Source: Longimicrobiales bacterium
Lineage (GTDB): Bacteria; Gemmatimonadota; Gemmatimonadetes; Longimicrobiales; Gaopeijiaceae
Length of the DNA stretch: 64,000 nt
Direction of reading: 5' to 3'
Assembly: GCA_965202985.1 (NCBI GenBank)
Contig: CBDBCF010000002.1
Location: 32,001 to 96,000, forward strand
Under the pieces are notes generated by a model. That model did no database searches and was not told the DNA's origin. It saw only the letters and a program-made list of their open reading frames with translations. The stretch's first letter is position 1, and the number at the start of each line of letters is the position of its first letter. The position numbers were made by a program, and so were the translations under genes. Below, piece by piece: positions 1-9,036 of this stretch.

Positions 1-230
1 GCGCGGGCGACACGGTCTCTGCGGTGGTGGCCGTCGCCCTTGCCAGCGGCGCCGACCTGGGCGAAGCCGTGCTCTGGGCGGCCCACGCAGCGGCCGTCGG
101 GTTGGGGACCGCGGGGGTCTCCACCGTGTTGCCGGCGGAGATCGGGGCGTCGATCGCTGGGGTGGGGGGCGTAGCGGATGCCGAGGAGGCCGCCGGCAAC
201 CCAGTTGGCCGTCCCCGGACACGCCCCTGA
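1..230 (+). CDS. PfkB-family carbohydrate kinase, C-terminal part (RfaE/HldE kinase-like), truncated by window start
   Basis: Frame 3 reads AGDTVSAVVAVALASGADLGEAV..AAHAAAVG..G, the end of the (G)AGD anion-hole motif and C-terminal helices of PfkB kinases; stop at 228-230. Confidence 0.7.
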   Translation, partial: AGDTVSAVVAVALASGADLGEAVLWAAHAAAVGLGTAGVSTVLPAEIGASIAGVGGVADAEEAAGNPVGRPRTRP

Positions 231-241
231 CCCACCCCAAA

Positions 242-294
242 AAAGCCGGGCCGATCCAAACATTGGAAACGCCCAATTTTCGGCGCGAACTTGC
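242..294 (+). promoter_or_regulatory. Putative regulatory motif, copy A (shared with 17005-17056)
   Basis: aaagccgggccgatcca-N8-aaacgcccaattttcggcgcgaacttgc matches 17005-17056 at 15/17 and 22/28 positions in two blocks. Confidence 0.5.
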
Positions 295-455
295 ATTCGC
301 CTTCGGACCGGACCGTCTCTCGGCGCCGGCCGACGGCGGGGCTGGCAAGCTCCAGGATTCGACGCGATACTACCGGTAGGGTTGCGGGCAGGAGGCGCCG
401 GCCACGACCCGGGGAACCGGGGACCACGGTTGCCAATCGGAGGGGAGGCGAGGGC

Positions 456-1097
456 ATGTTCGGCATCGACTGGGAGGCGGTGACCGCGATCGCCACGACC
501 GCGGGGGCGGTGGTGGCGGCGATCGGCGTGCTGGTGGGACTCGCAGCCGGACGGAGGGCGCTTCGGAACTTTCGCCGGGAGATGGGCGAGGAGTTCCGCG
601 TCGCGCGAGCCGAAACGGCGAAGGAGTTCCGCGCCGTGCGGGAGGAGGCGCAAGAGGCTCGTGCGGAGACGGGTCGCGAGTTTCGGGCAGTCCGCACGGA
701 GGTGGAAGGGGTTCGCCAGGATGTGCGGGAGGCTCGCGTGGAGGCGGCCCGCGAGTTTCGGGCGATCCGCACGGAGGTGGAGGGAGTTCGCCAGGATGTG
801 CGGGAGGCTCGCGTGGAGGCGGCCCGCGAGTTTCGGGCAGTCCGCACGGAGGTGGAGGGGGTTCGCCAGGATGTGCGGGAGGCTCGCGTGGAGGCGGCCC
901 GCGAGTTTCGGGCAGTCCGCACGGAGGTGGAAGGGGTTCGCCAGGATGTGCGGGAGAAGGTGGCTGCCCCGCGGGCCGTGGCGGGCTCCGCAATGGTTCG
1001 AGAACCCTCGGTTCCATACGAGAGCGAGGACCGGCAAGACGACACCGACCGGCAAGGCGAGGCCGATCCCTCGCGACACGCGGACGAGGCCGAATAG
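456..1097 (+). CDS. Membrane-anchored coiled-coil protein with 25-aa tandem repeats
   Basis: ATG at 456 after ggaggggaggcgaggg; N-terminal hydrophobic helix (AVTAIATTAGAVVAAIGVLVGLAAG) then REFRAVRTEVEGVRQDVREARVEAA repeats. Confidence 0.7.
   Translation: MFGIDWEAVTAIATTAGAVVAAIGVLVGLAAGRRALRNFRREMGEEFRVARAETAKEFRAVREEAQEARAETGREFRAVRTEVEGVRQDVREARVEAAREFRAIRTEVEGVRQDVREARVEAAREFRAVRTEVEGVRQDVREARVEAAREFRAVRTEVEGVRQDVREKVAAPRAVAGSAMVREPSVPYESEDRQDDTDRQGEADPSRHADEAE
675..956 (+). repeat. 75-bp in-frame tandem repeat, about 3.8 copies
   Basis: Units start at 675, 750, 825 and 900 (cgcgagtttcgggc...), near-identical. Confidence 0.95.
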
Positions 1098-1170
1098 CGC
1101 GGGGGCCGGCGGTTCCGTATAGTCGAGAGACCGCCAACCACGAATGCCGTCGAACAGGAAGCGACATTTC

Positions 1171-1557
1171 ATGACCAGAATCGCCACCGTGCGGACCGAC
1201 GACGCCCCCGGCGCCATCGGCCCCTATTCCCAGGCCGTGGTGACGGACGGATGGCTTTTCGCCTCGGGCCAGATCCCCCTCGACCCGGCCACGGGCGCCC
1301 TAGTGGAGGGCGACGTCGCCGCGCAGACGGATCGGGTGCTCAAGAACTTGGCCTGCGTGCTGGCCGCGGCGGGCGGCAGCCTCCAGTCCGTGGTCAAGAC
1401 GACGGTCTTCCTGTCCGACATGGCCCACTTCGGCGAGATGAACGCCGTCTACGCCCGCCACTTCGGCGACCACCGCCCCGCCCGGGCCACGGTCGCGGTG
1501 GCCGGGCTCCCCAAGGCCGTGGACGTGGAGATCGAGGTCGTGGCTCGGGTTGCATGA
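1171..1557 (+). CDS. ridA: RidA/YjgF/UK114 family reactive-intermediate deaminase
   Basis: APGAIGPYSQAV, SGQIPLDP, VVKTTVFL, PARATV, VEIE motifs. Confidence 0.92.
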   Translation: MTRIATVRTDDAPGAIGPYSQAVVTDGWLFASGQIPLDPATGALVEGDVAAQTDRVLKNLACVLAAAGGSLQSVVKTTVFLSDMAHFGEMNAVYARHFGDHRPARATVAVAGLPKAVDVEIEVVARVA

Positions 1558-1583
1558 GCGGTCCCGGTAGCGCATCTTTCCCC

Positions 1584-1640
1584 GGTCGGCGGTTCGCCGC
1601 CGGCCAATGAGCTTCGCCCTGAACCCGAGAAACGCTCGGG
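1584..1640 (+). promoter_or_regulatory. Two stem-loops between ridA and the TonB-dependent receptor (terminator or leader structure)
   Basis: ggtcggcgg-ttcg-ccgccggcc (1584-1605) and cccgag-aaacg-ctcggg (1624-1640). Confidence 0.45.
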
Positions 1641-1692
1641 AGCACATACACAGGGAACGCGTGTCCAGAAACTCTCCAAGGGAGGACAACTC

Positions 1693-4600
1693 ATGACACG
1701 TACTTTGTTCGGAAGCAGTCCCGGAACGCGGGGCGGAGGGCTGGTCGCGGCGGCGTTCGCCGTGCTTGCCTTCGCACCGGCGGCCCAGGCTCAGACGGGG
1801 ACCGTCATCGGGACGGTGACCGACGCGGCCTCTGCCCGCCCCCTCGAGTCGGCGCAGGTCTACGTCGAGGGCGCCAGCGTCGGGACCTTGACCAACAGCA
1901 GCGGCAGGTTCGTGCTGGTGGGCGCCCCGGCGGGCGAGCAGACCGTGATCGTCGAACTCGTCGGGTATCGTTCGGCGTCCCAGACGGTTTCGGTCACCGC
2001 GGGCCAAACGGCCACCGTCAACTTCGCGGTCTCGGTGACGGCGATCGCGCTGGACCAGATCGTGGTGACCGGCACCGGCGTCGCAACCGAGCGCAAGAAG
2101 CTCGGCAACTCGATCGCAACGGTGGACGTGTCCAACCTGGAGAACACGCCGATCACCAGCTTCAGCGATGTTCTTCAAGGTCGCGAAGCCGGCGTGGTCG
2201 GGCTCCCGGGGGGGGGCGACACCGGAGCGGGCGGAAGGATTCGCATCCGCGGGTCCGCGTCCCTGTCCCAGTCCAACGAGCCGATCGTCTACGTGGACGG
2301 CGTGCGGATCGACCGGGGCTCGGGAGGCAGCTGGGGCGCCGGTCAGGCCCAGACGCGCCGGATCGACGACATCGACCCGAACTCGATCGACCGGATCGAG
2401 ATCCTCAAGGGCGCGGCGGCGGCCACGCTGTACGGCACCGAAGCGTCCAACGGCGTGATCCAGATCTTCACCAAGCGCGGCCAGCAGGGCGCGCCCCGGT
2501 GGACGGTCCAGACCAACCAGACGGCGTTGCGGGCGCCGCTGGACCGCTTCATTCCGCACGCGGACTTCCCGAGAAACGCCACCGAAGTGGCCCGCATGCA
2601 GGATCGATGGGGCGTCAGCCTCCAGCCCTACGAGGTCTATTCGACCCAGTACATGGCCGACTTCTACAACACCGGCTATGGCCAAGAGTACATGGGTTCG
2701 GTGTCCGGCGGCGGCGACCTGATCACCTACTACGCTTCGGGCCGCTACCAGAACGAGAACGGCCCCTTCGGCCTGGAAGACTTCATCAGGAACGAAGACA
2801 CGATCCGCCGTCGTCAGGGAACGCTCAACCTCAACATCTTCCCCTTCGACAACCTGCGGCTCCGCGTGAGCGGCGCCTACTCGGAGTCGAACCAGAGCCG
2901 ACTGGCGGGCGGAAACAACATCTTCGGCGTCTTCTCTCTGGGCCTCATGGGCCAGATGCGCCTTGCGAACACCGAACGCTGGGTCGAGAGAACCCTGAAC
3001 GACCCGGATCTCGCGGACGAGAGCGTCAATCGCTACGGCAGCTTGGCGTTCGCGACGCTCAGAGAGGCGGGCGAACGCGACAGCGAAGAAGACGTGGAGC
3101 ACTTCGTCGGCAGCTTGAACGCGAACTGGACGATCAGCGACGGCTTGGTGTTCGACGGAACCTTCGGCGTGGACGTGACCAACGGACGCAACGTCTCCTT
3201 CTTCCCCTTCGGATGGAACGTGGACGGGTTCAGCACGTACTACACGGAAGGAAACAGGGCCATCGGCGACCGGAACCACCGCGAGGTCACGGGCGACTTC
3301 AAGGTGTCCTACGACAACAACTTCACCGACGACATCAGCAGCACGCTGCTCGTCGGAACGCAGGGCTTCCTGAGTCAGAACGTGTACAGCGGCGGCAGCG
3401 GCCAGCAGTTCCCCGGCCCCGGCTTGGAGGTGGCGAGCGCCGGCGCAAACCAGTCGATCTCCGAGAGCTGGCTTCGCGAGGTCAACGCCGGCGTGTACTT
3501 CCAAGAGCAGCTCGGGTACCAGGACTGGGCGTTCTTGACGCTGGGCGCGCGCTTCGACGCCAACAGCGCGTTCGGCGAAGACTTCGAGACGGCCACCTAT
3601 CCCAAGGCCGCGCTGTCGCTGGTTCCGACCGATCTCTTCGACTGGAACAGCGAGACGCTCTCGACCTTCAGGCTGCGCGGAGCTTGGGGCCGTTCCGGTC
3701 TCCAGCCCGGCGCCTTCGACAAGTTCACCACCTATACTCCCCTTCCGGCCGAAGTCGGCCCCGGCCTGCAGCCCGGCAACCTGGGGAACCAAGCCCTGGC
3801 CCCGGAGATCACCGAAGAGTGGGAAGTCGGCGCCGAGTTCGGGCTCTGGAACGACCGCGTTGGAATCGACTTCACCTACTGGAACCGCGTGACCCGGGAC
3901 GCCCTGGTTGCCCGCCAGTTCCCGGTGACCGGCGGCTTCACGCGCACGCAGCTGGACAACATCGGCCAGATGGACGCGACGGGCTTCGAGCTGTCGTTGA
4001 CGGGTTCGGTCGTCAACACCGAGAGCTTTGCTGTCAACGTCTTTGCGAACACGGCCTACATCGACGAAATCGTGACGGATCTTGGCGGTGCCCCGCCGAT
4101 CAAGTCGGGGGGATCGTATCCTCGCTACCGGAACTTCATCAAGGAAGGCTATGCCCCCGGATCGTTCTTCGGAGCGGTTCTTGATCCGACGATGGCAATT
4201 CCGCTCGCCCTTGTGTCGACCAACAGATGCATGGAGCCTTCGCGCGCCGCGGCTCTGGAGTACTTCAGCGAGCCCCGGAGCCTTTCGGCGTTCGAGGTGA
4301 TCCCCTCGGGTTGCGCGGGCGGATCCGCCGAGTACTTGGACAGCTACATCGGCAAGCCCACGCCCGACTTCGCCGGGTCGTTCGGCTTCGACGTGAGCTT
4401 CCTGGACAACTTCGAGCTGTCCAGCAACTTCGAGTACAAGATGGGCAACTTCCACACCCAGGACCTGACGGGCGCGTTCCGTCAGGCCAACGCCGTGATC
4501 GGCCGCAATGTGCCGGGGACGGCACGGGTCGGCGCAGTGTTGCTCAACCCCGCATCCACGGCGGAGCAACGCCTCGACGCCGCCCTCGAATGGGCGCGCG

Positions 4601-4920
4601 AACTTCGGGCGCTGGCGCCGATGTCGGGGATGAACCAGATCTGGACGTCGGACTTCATCCGGTGGCGCGAAGTTTCGCTTTCCTACCGCGTACCGTCGGA
4701 CTTCGTCGAGAACATGGGCCTGAGCAACGCGACGGTCACACTCGGCGGCCGCAACGTGAGCCTCTGGATGTTCGGCGACTACCGGGGCATCGACCCCGAG
4801 ATCAATCCGCAGAGCACCTGCACCGGCGGAGGGATCAACTGCAACTTCCTCACGGGGACCGAGGCGTTCGGCGTGCCGCTTCCCCGACGGTTCACCTTCT
4901 CGCTCCGCGTGGGCTTCTAA
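1693..4920 (+). CDS. SusC/RagA-like TonB-dependent outer membrane receptor
   Basis: Signal peptide (AQA-Q), N-terminal carboxypeptidase-regulatory-like domain, LDQIVVTG, RIRGSASL..NEPIVYVDGV, IEILKGAAAATLYG plug motifs, C-terminal F; SD ggagg. Confidence 0.93.
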   Translation: MTRTLFGSSPGTRGGGLVAAAFAVLAFAPAAQAQTGTVIGTVTDAASARPLESAQVYVEGASVGTLTNSSGRFVLVGAPAGEQTVIVELVGYRSASQTVSVTAGQTATVNFAVSVTAIALDQIVVTGTGVATERKKLGNSIATVDVSNLENTPITSFSDVLQGREAGVVGLPGGGDTGAGGRIRIRGSASLSQSNEPIVYVDGVRIDRGSGGSWGAGQAQTRRIDDIDPNSIDRIEILKGAAAATLYGTEASNGVIQIFTKRGQQGAPRWTVQTNQTALRAPLDRFIPHADFPRNATEVARMQDRWGVSLQPYEVYSTQYMADFYNTGYGQEYMGSVSGGGDLITYYASGRYQNENGPFGLEDFIRNEDTIRRRQGTLNLNIFPFDNLRLRVSGAYSESNQSRLAGGNNIFGVFSLGLMGQMRLANTERWVERTLNDPDLADESVNRYGSLAFATLREAGERDSEEDVEHFVGSLNANWTISDGLVFDGTFGVDVTNGRNVSFFPFGWNVDGFSTYYTEGNRAIGDRNHREVTGDFKVSYDNNFTDDISSTLLVGTQGFLSQNVYSGGSGQQFPGPGLEVASAGANQSISESWLREVNAGVYFQEQLGYQDWAFLTLGARFDANSAFGEDFETATYPKAALSLVPTDLFDWNSETLSTFRLRGAWGRSGLQPGAFDKFTTYTPLPAEVGPGLQPGNLGNQALAPEITEEWEVGAEFGLWNDRVGIDFTYWNRVTRDALVARQFPVTGGFTRTQLDNIGQMDATGFELSLTGSVVNTESFAVNVFANTAYIDEIVTDLGGAPPIKSGGSYPRYRNFIKEGYAPGSFFGAVLDPTMAIPLALVSTNRCMEPSRAAALEYFSEPRSLSAFEVIPSGCAGGSAEYLDSYIGKPTPDFAGSFGFDVSFLDNFELSSNFEYKMGNFHTQDLTGAFRQANAVIGRNVPGTARVGAVLLNPASTAEQRLDAALEWARELRALAPMSGMNQIWTSDFIRWREVSLSYRVPSDFVENMGLSNATVTLGGRNVSLWMFGDYRGIDPEINPQSTCTGGGINCNFLTGTEAFGVPLPRRFTFSLRVGF

Positions 4921-4933
4921 CGGATAAGGAGAG

Positions 4934-6262
4934 ATGCGGACAATGACCAAGAACAGGAACCGGAAGTCGACCCTGGGCGCGTTGGTCGGCGCGTTGATGT
5001 TGGCGGGCTGCGGCTTGCTGGACGTCGACAACCCGAACGCGCTCGTTCAGGAGGACTTCGAGAAGATCACGGCGGCGGCCGCTGCCGTGAACGGGTCGCA
5101 GGCGACCGTGGCCCGGGGCGTGGGATCGATCTACGCTTCGTTCTCCACGGTCGGAGACGAAATCACGTGGATCGGCTCTCGAGACGCGTGGAACGAACTC
5201 GACCAAGGTACGCCGGACAACACGGGCAACGAGTTCGTCGACGGATCGTTTCCGAGCATCGCCCAAGCCCGCTGGATGTCGAATTCGGTGGTGACGCTCA
5301 TGGAAGGGCACATCGCCGACGATCCGGGCAACACAGGTCTGACGGCGGAGCTGGCCCGGGCCAACCTGTACGCCGGCGTGGCGTACTCCACGATCGCACA
5401 GCTCTTCGACGACTTCGCGTTCAGCGATCGTACGGAGCCCGGGCCCCTCATCGGGCCCGACGGCATGAGAGGCGTATTCGACGAAGCGATCAGCTACTTC
5501 ACCGCCGCAATGGCGGCTGGAGGCAAAACGGCAACCCGAGCTCGGGCGGCAAGGGCGCAGGCCCATCATCAACGAGCGATTTGGGACCTGCTCAATCCGC
5601 CCGGATCGGCGCCGGGGAATCCGCTCGTGAACGACGCTAGCGCGAACGCCGACGCAGAGGCCGTGCTGGCGACGGTGGCCGGCACGGACTGGGCGTACCG
5701 ATTCGCGTATTCGTCTGCGACGGTCAGCAACAACTTGGCCTTCCAGGTGAACGAGCGAGGGGAGTTGCAGATCGGTCCCGACTACGTGACCCGGGACAAC
5801 AAGGACGAGATCACCGGTCACATTCTGACGGACCCCATCGAAGGTGCCTTGGATGTCCGGTACAAGGCGCGCGTGGACGAGTTCCTCAAGGGGAGTTCGT
5901 ATTCCTCGGTTACCATAGTCAGCGAGCGCGGGTTGCGGCTGATCTTGGCCGAAGCCGCGCTGGCCAGCAACGACCAAGACGGGTTTGCCGCACAGATCAA
6001 CATGGTGCGGGCCATGGACGAGCTTGCGCCGTACTCCGGACAGATACCGGCCATGGACATGCTCCAGCACGAGCGTCGCGTGAACCTGTTCCTCCAGTTC
6101 AAGAGGTTGCAGGATCACTATCGATTCGGAGTCGCGAGCCAGAACTGGTTGCCGGGTTCGCCGGCCGCCTCCACTCCGGGCACGATGCTGCCGATCACGC
6201 GGATCGAGATCTTGGCAAACTGCCACCATCCGCAGAACGCGAACCACCCTTGCTCGGGCTAG
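4934..6262 (+). CDS. SusD/RagB-like nutrient-binding lipoprotein
   Basis: Lipobox LAGC, LDVDNPN, RLILAEAAL..IN.VRA, ERRVNLF...RLQD..RFG motifs; directly after the SusC-like gene. Confidence 0.85.
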   Translation: MRTMTKNRNRKSTLGALVGALMLAGCGLLDVDNPNALVQEDFEKITAAAAAVNGSQATVARGVGSIYASFSTVGDEITWIGSRDAWNELDQGTPDNTGNEFVDGSFPSIAQARWMSNSVVTLMEGHIADDPGNTGLTAELARANLYAGVAYSTIAQLFDDFAFSDRTEPGPLIGPDGMRGVFDEAISYFTAAMAAGGKTATRARAARAQAHHQRAIWDLLNPPGSAPGNPLVNDASANADAEAVLATVAGTDWAYRFAYSSATVSNNLAFQVNERGELQIGPDYVTRDNKDEITGHILTDPIEGALDVRYKARVDEFLKGSSYSSVTIVSERGLRLILAEAALASNDQDGFAAQINMVRAMDELAPYSGQIPAMDMLQHERRVNLFLQFKRLQDHYRFGVASQNWLPGSPAASTPGTMLPITRIEILANCHHPQNANHPCSG

Positions 6263-6275
6263 AAGGGCGCGCGTA

Positions 6276-6791
6276 GTGAAGGGACCAGTCGCTGCGGCTG
6301 GTCGGACGGGGTCCGGGATCGATTCCCGGGCCCCGTCCTCTTCCCGGGCCTTGCTCTCTTCCCGAGCCCTGTTGCGGCTGTCCGTTTTTGCACTTGCGGC
6401 GACAGCGCTGTGGTCGTGCGGGTGGTTCGAGGATCCCACGCCCGACGAGATCCGGGTGAGGTTGGAAGGAGACCTGTCCGAGCTGCACCTTGTTACTTCG
6501 ACCAGGTTCGTCGCCGCGACCGACGGTACGGGACGCTGGCGCGTTCAGATGTTCAACGCGGACACGACGGTGGTCTCGCTGCCGTTCGACCGGACGTGGA
6601 ACATCAGCGGCGACCAGCGCTTTGTGCTCCTGGGCAGCCTTGCGGACTCGACGGCGGGCCTGGTGCGCCTGAGGGTTGACGTCGACGGCGATCAGGCGTT
6701 CGACAACCGAATCCAGGCGCTGGTGGACAACCCGATTCGGTTCGTCTATCTGTTCAACCAGCAGATCCTCCAAGAGTTCGATCTCTTGTAG
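6276..6791 (+). CDS. Hypothetical lipoprotein (SusC/D locus accessory)
   Basis: Hydrophobic stretch ending LWSC; beta-rich mature part; operonic spacing; start uncertain. Confidence 0.6.
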   Translation: MKGPVAAAGRTGSGIDSRAPSSSRALLSSRALLRLSVFALAATALWSCGWFEDPTPDEIRVRLEGDLSELHLVTSTRFVAATDGTGRWRVQMFNADTTVVSLPFDRTWNISGDQRFVLLGSLADSTAGLVRLRVDVDGDQAFDNRIQALVDNPIRFVYLFNQQILQEFDLL

Positions 6792-6794
6792 CTC

Positions 6795-7298
6795 ATGAGC
6801 CTTCGAGATTCGAGGCGCTCCGGCAGGCGGGCGGCTCTCTGCCTTGCCGTTTTCGCTTGCGGAGCGGCAGGATGCTATCGGTACGTGCCGACGGACGCGC
6901 CGCCGCCTGTCGGAACCGATGTTCGAGTCGCGCTGTCCGACGAGCAGGCTCTCCGGCTGAGCGAGCAGACCGGTCAGGTCGCCAAGACCTACGACGGGCG
7001 TCTCATGGGCGTCGGCGACGATTCCGTGTCGCTGTCGGTCGTGACCCTGAGGATGGCCTCCGAGTTTACGAGTGCAGCGACCTTTCGACAGACGCTGACC
7101 GTTTCCCGCGACGAGCTTGAAGGCCTGTCGGCCAGAGAACTCTCTGCGTGGCGGACCGGCGTTGTCGGGGTCTTGGCGGCGGCGTTGGCCTATGTTGTCG
7201 TCGACCGCGTCCAACAGGAAGTGGGGGGCAACACGGACGACGACGGGGACGACGGGACGCCCACAGGATCATTGATTTCGGGTCGGATGGGAAGGTAG
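6795..7298 (+). CDS. Hypothetical lipoprotein with C-terminal hydrophobic helix
   Basis: Lipobox AAGC-YRYVP; C-terminal TGVVGVLAAALAYVVV. Confidence 0.65.
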   Translation: MSLRDSRRSGRRAALCLAVFACGAAGCYRYVPTDAPPPVGTDVRVALSDEQALRLSEQTGQVAKTYDGRLMGVGDDSVSLSVVTLRMASEFTSAATFRQTLTVSRDELEGLSARELSAWRTGVVGVLAAALAYVVVDRVQQEVGGNTDDDGDDGTPTGSLISGRMGR

Positions 7299-7387
7299 GA
7301 AGGCGGAGTCGGCTGGCGATATCCGGCTACGGTTCCGGTCGGTTCCATTCTTGCCGCGCCGTATTGCCGTCGCCACGTTTAGCCCCC

Positions 7388-9025
7388 ATGCGATTCTTCA
7401 ACACGACAGGTCCGGTGGTGGCGGCCGACCACTACCTAATCCCGCCCCTCGACCGCGTGGACCTTGCCGAGCTCCGTCGGCTGATCGGGGAGAAGCGGTA
7501 CTTCGTGCTCTACGCGCCCCGGCAGACCGGCAAGACTTCGGCGCTCCTGGCGTTGCAGAGCTTGTTGAACGAAGAAGGCGACTACCGTTGCGTCTACGTA
7601 AACGTGGAGGGTGCGCAGGCCGCCCGAGAGGACGTGGGCCGCGTGGTCCGAGCCGTGCTGAGCGAGCTGGCTTCTCGAGCGGAAGACGGCCTCGGCGACG
7701 ATTCGCTCGAGGAAGTATGGCCGGAGGTTTTGGCCAAGCACGGTCCCGACGCGGGCTTGCGAGTGGCGCTGACGCGGTGGGCACGGGCCGTCCCCAAGCC
7801 GTTGGTGCTGCTGATCGACGAGATCGACGCCTTGGTGGGGGATTCGCTTCTGTCGGTGTTGCGGCAGTTGCGGGCGGGGTACGACATGCGTCCGGGCGGT
7901 TTTCCTCAGTGCGTGGTGCTGTGCGGGGTTCGGGACGTGCGGGACTACCGGATTCATTCGAGTTCGGCGAACACGCTGGTAGCGGGCGGGAGCGCGTTCA
8001 ACGTCAAGGCGAAGTCGCTGCGGCTGGGCGACTTTTGTCGAGACGAGGTGCGGGCGCTGCTGCGTCAGCACACGGAGGAGACGGGCCGGGCGTTTTCGGA
8101 GGAGGCGTTGGAAAGGGTGTGGGCGGAGACTCGGGGCCAGCCGTGGCTGGTGAACGCGCTGGCATACGCGATGTGCTTCGAGGGCGGGGACGGTGCGGGC
8201 CGTTCGCGGCGGGTCGAGGAGGCGGACGTTGTCGATGCGCGAGAGGCGTTGATCCGGCGTCGGGACACGCACTTGGACCAGTTGGCGGACAAGTTGCAGG
8301 AGGAGCGTGTGCGGCGGGTTGTGGAGCCGTTGCTGGCGGGTGGCGGGAAGACGAAGTTCGCGCCGCGCGACCTGGAGTACGCGCGGGACCTGGGGCTGGT
8401 GGCGAAGGACCTTCCGGTGCGCATCGCGAACCCGATCTACGGGGAGGTGGTGCCTCGGGAGCTGTCGTGGGAGCCGCAGGCGAACTTGGCGCAGGACCCG
8501 TCGTGGTACGTGAGCGAGTCGGGGGAGTTGGAGTTGGAGAAGTTGCTGGGGGCGTTCCAGGAGTTCTTCCGGGAGCATTCGGAGCACTGGGTGGAGCGGT
8601 TCCAGTACAAGGAGGCGGGGCCGCAGTTGCTGTTGCAGGCGTTCTTGCAGCGGGTGGTGAACAGCGGGGGTCGGATCGAGCGGGAGTACGGGCTGGGGCG
8701 GGGGCGGACGGACCTGCTGGTGCTGTGGCCGGCGGGCGGTGGTCGGGTAGGCGGGCGAGTCGGCCCGGCCGAGCGCGGGGGCGGGGCTGGGCCAAGCCCT
8801 CGGATGCGGAGGTACGTCGTGGAGTGCAAGGTGCTGCGCGCGGGGCTGGAGCGGGCGGTGGCGGAGGGGGTGGAGCAGACGGCGGGCTACATGGACGGAT
8901 GCGGGGCGGAGGCGGGGCACCTGGTGGTGTTCGACCGTCGGGAGGGGCGGAGCTGGGAAGAGAAGGTGTTCCGGCTGGACCGGACGGCCGAGAACGGAAC
9001 CGAGATCGCGGTCTGGGGCATGTAG
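7388..9025 (+). CDS. AAA-like ATPase fused to C-terminal PD-(D/E)xK nuclease, copy 1 (545 aa)
   Basis: MRFFNTTGP start; Walker [10 protein letters not shown], Walker B LLIDEID; C-terminal [14 protein letters not shown]...VVECK nuclease motif. Confidence 0.85.
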   Translation: MRFFNTTGPVVAADHYLIPPLDRVDLAELRRLIGEKRYFVLYAPRQTGKTSALLALQSLLNEEGDYRCVYVNVEGAQAAREDVGRVVRAVLSELASRAEDGLGDDSLEEVWPEVLAKHGPDAGLRVALTRWARAVPKPLVLLIDEIDALVGDSLLSVLRQLRAGYDMRPGGFPQCVVLCGVRDVRDYRIHSSSANTLVAGGSAFNVKAKSLRLGDFCRDEVRALLRQHTEETGRAFSEEALERVWAETRGQPWLVNALAYAMCFEGGDGAGRSRRVEEADVVDAREALIRRRDTHLDQLADKLQEERVRRVVEPLLAGGGKTKFAPRDLEYARDLGLVAKDLPVRIANPIYGEVVPRELSWEPQANLAQDPSWYVSESGELELEKLLGAFQEFFREHSEHWVERFQYKEAGPQLLLQAFLQRVVNSGGRIEREYGLGRGRTDLLVLWPAGGGRVGGRVGPAERGGGAGPSPRMRRYVVECKVLRAGLERAVAEGVEQTAGYMDGCGAEAGHLVVFDRREGRSWEEKVFRLDRTAENGTEIAVWGM

Positions 9026-9036
9026 GAGGCGGACCC

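Noticed and set aside
281..294. Canonical sigma-54 promoter call (also at 17043-17056)
   Set aside because: Spacing is GG-N9-GC rather than GG-N10-GC; kept only as part of the shared motif
675..956. CRISPR array
   Set aside because: Repeats are contiguous 75-bp coding units without unique spacers; no cas genes
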